From the sequence record LT960552.1: 64,000 nt of DNA; one strand, written 5' to 3'. Of the stretch, positions 58,321 through 64,000 are shown piece by piece. The position numbers were made by a program, and so were the translations under genes. The notes below the pieces were generated by a model. That model was not told where the DNA came from and did not search any database. It saw only the letters and a list, made by a program, of their open reading frames with translations. Positions within the stretch are counted from its first letter, which is position 1. Every line of letters starts with the position of its first letter.

Positions 58321-59445
58321 ATGTCAAAATTGGATAAGTTTCTAAACGAATCATCTCTTTCTGACGAAGCTAAAAAGCTAATTCAGGAAGCATGGAATGA
58401 AGAAAAAGCTAATGTAGCTGCTGAAATGCGTGAAGAAATGAAAAGTCGTTACCAAGAAGACTTAGCACGTTTAACTGAAGGATTAGACAAAATGATGGCT
58501 GAAGTAATCAGCGAACAAATGTCTGATGTATATGCTGAAAAGCGTAAGTTAGTTGAAGACCGTGTTAAACTTCGTAAAACATTGGGTAATTTTTCAGATT
58601 TCGCAAACACAGTACTAGCTGAAGAAGTTAAATCAATGCGTCAAGAACGCACACATCTAAATGAAAGTCTTAATAAATTCATGGGATTCAGTAATCATAT
58701 CCTAGCAGAAGAACTTAAAGATTTCCATGAAGAAAAACGTCAACTAGTTGAATCTCGTGTAAAACTAATTGCAGAAGGAAGTAAGCAAATTGCGGAAGCA
58801 CGTGCAAACTTCATTAAACGTACTGCTGAAAGTGCAGCAACATATATTGCTGAAACTACAGAACGAAATTTAACTGTACTTAAGGGTGAACTAGTCGAAG
58901 CTAAACAAAATATGTTTGGTCGTAAAATTTTTGAAGCTTTTGCTAATGAATTCTACAGTAAGCAATATAACGAAAGTTCTATTCTACGTGAATTAAATGA
59001 ATCAATCAAGTCAAAAGAAAATGAAGTTATGGTTTCAAATGTTGCTTTAAAAGAAGCAAAAGATAAAGCAGATGCTGCTGACCGTAAAGTTCGAATCATG
59101 GAAGATAAACATGCACGAATTGCAATCATCGCTGAATTAACAAAACCACTTACTGCTCAACAAAAACAAATTATGGAATCATTACTTTCAGTAACTCCAA
59201 CCGAGAAACTAAAAGAAGATTTCACTAAGTACCATAAGTCTGTACTTAAAGGTACTGTAAATGAATCTGCTGCAAATCATAGCCGTCCAGCAGTTAATAC
59301 TAAGGCTAAAAATACTTTGACGGAAAGTAAAATTGTTACTGGAAACCGTGAAAGTAATTTCATTAAAGACGCAGAACTTGATGCTGAAGACTTGGATTTC
59401 TTAGATGAAATCTCACGTTATGCAGGAATTAAGAAAAAACGTTAA
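58321..59445 (+). CDS. Prohead core scaffold protein (T4 gp22-like)
   Basis: Coiled-coil, E/K-rich 374 aa between protease and capsid genes; GRKIFEAFANEF motif. Confidence 0.85.
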   Translation: MSKLDKFLNESSLSDEAKKLIQEAWNEEKANVAAEMREEMKSRYQEDLARLTEGLDKMMAEVISEQMSDVYAEKRKLVEDRVKLRKTLGNFSDFANTVLAEEVKSMRQERTHLNESLNKFMGFSNHILAEELKDFHEEKRQLVESRVKLIAEGSKQIAEARANFIKRTAESAATYIAETTERNLTVLKGELVEAKQNMFGRKIFEAFANEFYSKQYNESSILRELNESIKSKENEVMVSNVALKEAKDKADAADRKVRIMEDKHARIAIIAELTKPLTAQQKQIMESLLSVTPTEKLKEDFTKYHKSVLKGTVNESAANHSRPAVNTKAKNTLTESKIVTGNRESNFIKDAELDAEDLDFLDEISRYAGIKKKR

Positions 59446-59470
59446 TTATTAAATGCTAATTTTTCTGTAA

Positions 59471-59478
59471 GATAAATA
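59471..59478 (+). promoter_or_regulatory. T4-type late promoter (GATAAATA)
   Basis: NATAAATA box upstream of the major capsid gene. Confidence 0.55.
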
Positions 59479-59522
59479 AAAGCATACAGAAAAGCAAAAA
59501 ATATCTTTTTAAGGAGATTATA

Positions 59523-60698
59523 ATGTCACAACTATTAACTGAATCTAAATGGGCTGCTGTAAAGGATAAGCTTGTTGAAGGTCTAAATGGTAATCGTAAA
59601 ACTGTAATGGAAGCAGTTCTAGATAACCAACGTAAAGTAATGTTACGTGAAAGTGCAACTGCTGGTGCAACATCTGCTGGTAACATTGCAACACTAAACA
59701 AAGTAATTCTTCCAATTATTCGTCGTGTTATGCCAACCGTTATTGCTAACGAAATCATTGGTGTTCAACCTATGACTGGTCCAGTTGGACAAATTCATAC
59801 ACTACGTGTACAATATGCTGATAATGCTCCAGGTGTTATTGCTGGTGAAGAAGCTCTATCTCCATACAAGATTGCAAAATCTTATACTGGTGAGATTAAT
59901 TCTGATAATACCGCACCACGTGCCGCTCCAACTTCTCAACTAGAAGGTGTAATGGGTCGTCGTGTTAACATCCGTATTCTACGTGAAACCGTAGAAGCAC
60001 AATCTCGTCGTCTATCTGCTCGTTGGACTGTTGAATCTGCACAAGATGCTCAAGCACAACACGGTATTGATGTAGAAGCTGAATTGATGGCTGCTATTGC
60101 ACAAGAAATTACTACTGAAATTGACCAAGAACTATTAGCTCGTCTACGTGCACTTCCAGGTGCGGCTGCTGTTGTTTATGACCAATCTAAAGTAACTGGT
60201 GTTGCTACCTTCGTAGGTGACGAACATGCTGCTTTGGCAACTCTAATCAACCGTCAAGCAAACGAAGTTGCTCGTCGTACCAAACGTGGTGCAGCGAATT
60301 GGGCTGTTGTTTCACCAACTGCTCTAACCATTCTACAGTCTGCAACTACTTCTAGTTTTGCACGTACTACTGAAGGGACTTTCGAAGCTCCAACTAACGT
60401 TAAATTCGTTGGTGTATTGAACTCAACTATGCGTGTATATGTAGATACCTATGCTGATGACAGTACTGATGTACTAATCGGTTATAAAGGTAACCAAGAA
60501 ACTGATGCTGGTGCATTCTATTGCCCATACATCCCATTGATGGCTTCTGGTACTGTAATGGACCCTAACACTGGTGAGCTAGTAACTAGCTTCTTAACTC
60601 GTTATGGTTATGTACAGTTAACAGATAGTACTTCATCTCTAGGTAACGCTGCTGACTACTACAGCAAAATTGCTATCCGCAACGTAACCTTCATGTAA
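59523..60698 (+). CDS. Major capsid protein (T4 gp23-like)
   Basis: IRRVMPTVIANEIIGVQPMTGPVGQI, VEAQSRRLSARWTVESAQD, EITTEIDQE, GAFYCPYIPL, TRYG. Confidence 0.97.
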   Translation: MSQLLTESKWAAVKDKLVEGLNGNRKTVMEAVLDNQRKVMLRESATAGATSAGNIATLNKVILPIIRRVMPTVIANEIIGVQPMTGPVGQIHTLRVQYADNAPGVIAGEEALSPYKIAKSYTGEINSDNTAPRAAPTSQLEGVMGRRVNIRILRETVEAQSRRLSARWTVESAQDAQAQHGIDVEAELMAAIAQEITTEIDQELLARLRALPGAAAVVYDQSKVTGVATFVGDEHAALATLINRQANEVARRTKRGAANWAVVSPTALTILQSATTSSFARTTEGTFEAPTNVKFVGVLNSTMRVYVDTYADDSTDVLIGYKGNQETDAGAFYCPYIPLMASGTVMDPNTGELVTSFLTRYGYVQLTDSTSSLGNAADYYSKIAIRNVTFM

Positions 60699-60741
60699 TT
60701 GAAGACCTATTTTAGATTAATTAATCTGAAAGTTAATAAAA

Positions 60742-60767
60742 GAAAAGGACGCTTAGGCGTCCTTTTC
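60742..60767 (+). terminator. Intrinsic terminator after the capsid gene
   Basis: GAAAAGGACGC-TTAG-GCGTCCTTTTC. Confidence 0.85.
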
Positions 60768-60805
60768 GCATTTCTAATATCTATAAAGTAAATATCAAAG
60801 TAGAA

Positions 60806-60834
60806 TGGAACGTTTTATATAATTATGGTATAAT
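60806..60834 (+). promoter_or_regulatory. Early/middle-type promoter (TGGAAC-N17-TATAAT)
   Basis: TGGAAC 60806-60811; TGG-TATAAT 60829-60834. Confidence 0.75.
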
Positions 60835-60849
60835 CATGGAGATTAAAGT

Positions 60850-61281
60850 ATGATAATTAAACCAAATGCAACCGTTGTGGTTTATACTAACACACAACAA
60901 AAGTACTTACCAAGTGTTTATAGTAAATTTGAAGGATTAGTACAAGAATATAAGATTGTTGCTTATATAGAAGAATTAGGAGTGCTATGTTATGGTAATG
61001 ATACCTATTTTTATGATATGAATCGATATGTAAATGATATTATGAGCACTGATTTCATTGAAATGACTTATAACCAGTATATTATTGGTCATAATGAAAA
61101 ACTAGTTCGTGAAAACCCTGATGCCCCTATGTTGAATTCAATGCCACCTATGATGCAAGGTGTACAAATGAATGAACACGGCACAAATGCACCTATTTTG
61201 CGTGAAATTATTCATAATAACAATCCAGTACTAACAAATTTAAGCAATCGAGGTGTAAAAGTGCAGATTTTGAAAGGATAA
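60850..61281 (+). CDS. Hypothetical protein
   Basis: 143 aa; GGAG RBS; directly downstream of a promoter. Confidence 0.75.
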   Translation: MIIKPNATVVVYTNTQQKYLPSVYSKFEGLVQEYKIVAYIEELGVLCYGNDTYFYDMNRYVNDIMSTDFIEMTYNQYIIGHNEKLVRENPDAPMLNSMPPMMQGVQMNEHGTNAPILREIIHNNNPVLTNLSNRGVKVQILKG

Positions 61282-61308
61282 ATACCCCACTTAATAAAGG
61301 GGTGATGT

Positions 61309-61620
61309 ATGTCTAAACAAATTTGCTATGTAATAATTAATCCAGCATGGCCTGAATGGGTTAAAATCGGTTTTACATCTAAAGAAGAAATGAAAACACG
61401 ATTAAGTACCTATCAAACCGGTTCTCCGTTTAGAGATTATGAAGTTTATCATGAAGTTTATTTTGATGATGCTAAAGAAGCCGAAAAAGAAGTTAATAAG
61501 CGTTTAAAACAAATGAACGCAACACAAGGTACTGGAAAAGAATGGTATAAAATGCCTAAATCAATCGCATCCAATATGATTGATTCAGTACTAGATGATT
61601 TAGAAGAAGGTTCGCTATAA
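61309..61620 (+). CDS. GIY-YIG superfamily, T5orf172/MUG113-like domain protein
   Basis: CYVI...WVKIGFT...RLSTYQTGSP...AEKEV...KEWY. Confidence 0.8.
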   Translation: MSKQICYVIINPAWPEWVKIGFTSKEEMKTRLSTYQTGSPFRDYEVYHEVYFDDAKEAEKEVNKRLKQMNATQGTGKEWYKMPKSIASNMIDSVLDDLEEGSL

Positions 61621-61622
61621 TA

Positions 61623-61630
61623 TATAAATA
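61623..61630 (+). promoter_or_regulatory. T4-type late promoter (perfect TATAAATA)
   Basis: Perfect consensus upstream of the fibre gene. Confidence 0.7.
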
Positions 61631-61664
61631 TCTCTATAATATATAAACGTGAGGACTGATTTAT

Positions 61665-63299
61665 ATGAGTATAAGATTTAATCATGCCAGTAATACTGTT
61701 ACTGGTACAGATGTAATAACTTTAGTTGTTGAAGGAGGTTCACCAAGTTCTCCACGACCACTTAGAATTAATTCATCATCTGTGGTAATGCCAAATAAAC
61801 AGTTACCAGTTGGTGAATCTGGTGCTGTTGTTTTTGACATGAATTCAAAGACGTTAAAATATCATAATGGTATACAATGGGTAGAACTTTTATCACAAGA
61901 TGATATACTTGCACCTATACAGATATCATTAACTGATATTTACAACCAATTAGCTAACCGTGTAAGTACTGTAACTTATAGTACTAGTAATATACCAACT
62001 GCATCCGTAATTGGAACAAACTTAAATATTGTATTCCCAACTTCTGGTGGTGGCGGTAGCACCGCAATTCCTGGATTGTTTACATCTTCACCTCCAGGAA
62101 GTATAATGCAATATTCATTAATTTCTGGACAAAGTGTTTCATCAATTCGTGAACAACTTAGTGGTGAATCTGGTGGTCAAGCTGGTCGTGACGGAAGTTC
62201 ATCTTCACCTTTTGTAACAAAAACTGGTTGGTGTTTTGGTGATGGGTTGTATTGGACATGGAATGGTGAAGGTGGATCTATAACAAAATTAGTTCCTAAT
62301 TTAAACCAAAATGCATATCTTAAAGGAATTACAACAACTGGAATTACAAAAACTGATGCAACTATAGCAGGTTCTGGTAGTATAAGTTCAACTTCAATAA
62401 CTGCACCACAACATTATCATGGGACTGGTATGATGTTGGGGTTATCTGGTCAAGTTGCTGATGATGCTATGTTCATAAGTAATAGAGTATGGAATGATGG
62501 AATTCAATACCAAGGTGTTCAAATAACAGGTGATGTTCAAAGTAGAGTTGTAGGAAATGTAAATGGTTCGGATTCAAGAACAGCATTAAGTACCACATTG
62601 GCTATATATACAGGTTCTGACACAACATCCCATACACATACATTAACTAACAACGATGTTGCACATTTTAATGTTGCAATGGTATATAATATTGCTGAAC
62701 CAAGTTTAGCACTTAATCAAACTGCTGGTGATGCTAGATATGTACTTAAAGCTGGTGATATAATGACAGGTTCATTAACTATTGCTAACTCTGCAACAAT
62801 ATCTACCAATGATACTAGTAATATATTATGGTTTAGAAACGCAGCAGGTCTAGAACGTGCGGCTATATATCATAATTCAACAACTAATACACTTAGATTA
62901 AGAAGTAATGGTGGTAATGAAGTTACTATTAATCAGGTAGGAAATTTAACTGCACCTACCTTGACAGTAACTGGTGTTGCAGCAACAGGGCCATTAACAG
63001 TAACTGGTAGAATAGTAGCATCTGACGATATATGGGCGTTTTCTGATATTAGATTGAAAGAAAATATGATTCCTATTGATAGTGCACTTGATAAATTGGA
63101 AAAAATTACTGGATATATTGGTAATATGATAGGTGAAGATACTAAACGTTCTATGGTAAGTGCACAAGAACTTCAACAAGTATTACCTGAAGCGGTAAGT
63201 ACTAAAGATGAGTATTTGACAGTTAACTATTCTGCTATTATACCTCTATTAATTCAAAGTATTAACGAATTAAGAGAAGAAGTAAGGAGTAAAAAATAA
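61665..63299 (+). CDS. Tail fibre/spike protein with C-terminal intramolecular chaperone (peptidase S74)
   Basis: YVLKAGDIMTGSL fibre motif; C-terminal SDIRLKEN...ALDKL...AQELQQVLPEAV...VNYSAIIPLLIQSINEL. Confidence 0.85.
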   Translation: MSIRFNHASNTVTGTDVITLVVEGGSPSSPRPLRINSSSVVMPNKQLPVGESGAVVFDMNSKTLKYHNGIQWVELLSQDDILAPIQISLTDIYNQLANRVSTVTYSTSNIPTASVIGTNLNIVFPTSGGGGSTAIPGLFTSSPPGSIMQYSLISGQSVSSIREQLSGESGGQAGRDGSSSSPFVTKTGWCFGDGLYWTWNGEGGSITKLVPNLNQNAYLKGITTTGITKTDATIAGSGSISSTSITAPQHYHGTGMMLGLSGQVADDAMFISNRVWNDGIQYQGVQITGDVQSRVVGNVNGSDSRTALSTTLAIYTGSDTTSHTHTLTNNDVAHFNVAMVYNIAEPSLALNQTAGDARYVLKAGDIMTGSLTIANSATISTNDTSNILWFRNAAGLERAAIYHNSTTNTLRLRSNGGNEVTINQVGNLTAPTLTVTGVAATGPLTVTGRIVASDDIWAFSDIRLKENMIPIDSALDKLEKITGYIGNMIGEDTKRSMVSAQELQQVLPEAVSTKDEYLTVNYSAIIPLLIQSINELREEVRSKK

Positions 63300-63865
63300 T
63301 GGCAATACCTTGTACTGGCACAATAAAAGCTTCTGATATAAATGTCGAGTTGGGACGTCCAACAAATGGTACATTTAAAATTGGAAGTCCAGATGAACGT
63401 GCATTAGCAGGTAAACCATCTGGTTTAATTAAATTTAGTGATTTTTATTGTAAATCTGCCGCAGATCCATTACCTTGGAATGCATTCTCTTTACAAACAA
63501 TTGGTGGTCGCCCTATTAGTGGTGGTGTAGCACAATTATGGAACATTGATGGTAGTACTATTGGTATATGGGGTGGTTCTGTTGGGTTAATAAAATTCAA
63601 TAATCATTTTTTACGTCCAATAACACAAGTAACGTTCCAAACTTATTATCAAAATACAAATGCATGGCATACTGTATTTGTTTATGAAAGAACTAACACT
63701 GGTTCACAAGTAGCTTTAGGAAATTATGTTGGATTACAAACTTTCACGTTAAATGTTAATGTTCCTGCTGGTCAAGAGTTATGGTTTACTCTTTATGGTG
63801 GCGGTGACCAAGGAGATGCAAACTTAATGGATCTCTTTAGAATAACAAATGTGGTATATGCATAA
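63299..63865 (+). CDS. Putative fibre-tip/adhesin-like virion protein
   Basis: TAATG-coupled to the fibre gene; N-terminus MAIP..G.I...DINVELG...ALAG..SG.I.FSDFY.K recurs in genes following S74 fibres. Confidence 0.55.
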   Translation: MAIPCTGTIKASDINVELGRPTNGTFKIGSPDERALAGKPSGLIKFSDFYCKSAADPLPWNAFSLQTIGGRPISGGVAQLWNIDGSTIGIWGGSVGLIKFNNHFLRPITQVTFQTYYQNTNAWHTVFVYERTNTGSQVALGNYVGLQTFTLNVNVPAGQELWFTLYGGGDQGDANLMDLFRITNVVYA

Positions 63866-63877
63866 TAAAAAGATTTT

Positions 63878-63906
63878 TGGAACAGGAAAAAATGTTCTGG
63901 TATAAT
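63878..63906 (+). promoter_or_regulatory. Early/middle-type promoter (TGGAAC-N17-TATAAT)
   Basis: TGGAAC 63878-63883; TGG-TATAAT 63901-63906. Confidence 0.75.
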
Positions 63907-63910
63907 AGAG

Positions 63911-63942
63911 GCATCCTAATGAGAAGTTAGGGTGCTTTTTTT
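63911..63942 (+). terminator. Intrinsic terminator
   Basis: GCATCCTAA/TTAGGGTGC stem followed by T7. Confidence 0.75.
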
Positions 63943-63958
63943 ATACATGGAGAACCAT

Positions 63959-64000
63959 ATGAGCAAGAAAACTGAATCTAAGATCGAAGCACATGATTTA
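63959..64000 (+). CDS. Start of a CDS truncated by the window end
   Basis: GGAG RBS, then ATG AGC AAG AAA... (MSKKTESKIEAHDL), open to the window edge. Confidence 0.6.
   Translation, partial: MSKKTESKIEAHDL

Overview
AT-rich (about 30% GC by eye) segment of a large T4-like myophage, most likely a jumbo phage. The gene set and order resemble the RaK2/121Q/GAP32-like group, but that is an inference. Left to right: a truncated ORF; a MoxR AAA+ ATPase with a metallopeptidase/VWA partner; small early ORFs including a SLOG-like protein; thymidylate synthase; a tail-fibre/virion cluster; a free-standing endonuclease; NUDIX; gp15/gp14-like neck and tail-completion genes; a ClpA-like unfoldase; a large baseplate operon (3.3-kaa protein, gp6, gp25, lysozyme, gp5-like spike, hub, gp53-like and tube-initiator-like genes); gp55, gp47, gp46 and endonuclease VII; an approximately 700-bp gene-free structured region; a gp26/gp51-like pair; a putative tape measure protein; the head module (portal, core, protease, scaffold, major capsid protein); and a second fibre with an intramolecular chaperone. 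Two promoter classes can be read directly: T4-type late NATAAATA boxes, and seven copies of TG(G/A)AAC-N17-TATAAT with an extended -10. The most notable observations are: (i) a candidate ~500-nt structured non-coding RNA bounded by a promoter and a terminator at 50.65-51.15 kb; (ii) a T TTT TTC -1 frameshift site that fuses the gp26-like gene to an unannotated downstream ORF; (iii) a spike protein carrying a degenerate M23 domain and a lysozyme beyond its HxH tip, next to a duplicated lysozyme gene; (iv) strong over-representation of AGTACT. No tRNA, rRNA, CRISPR array, intron or intein could be supported.
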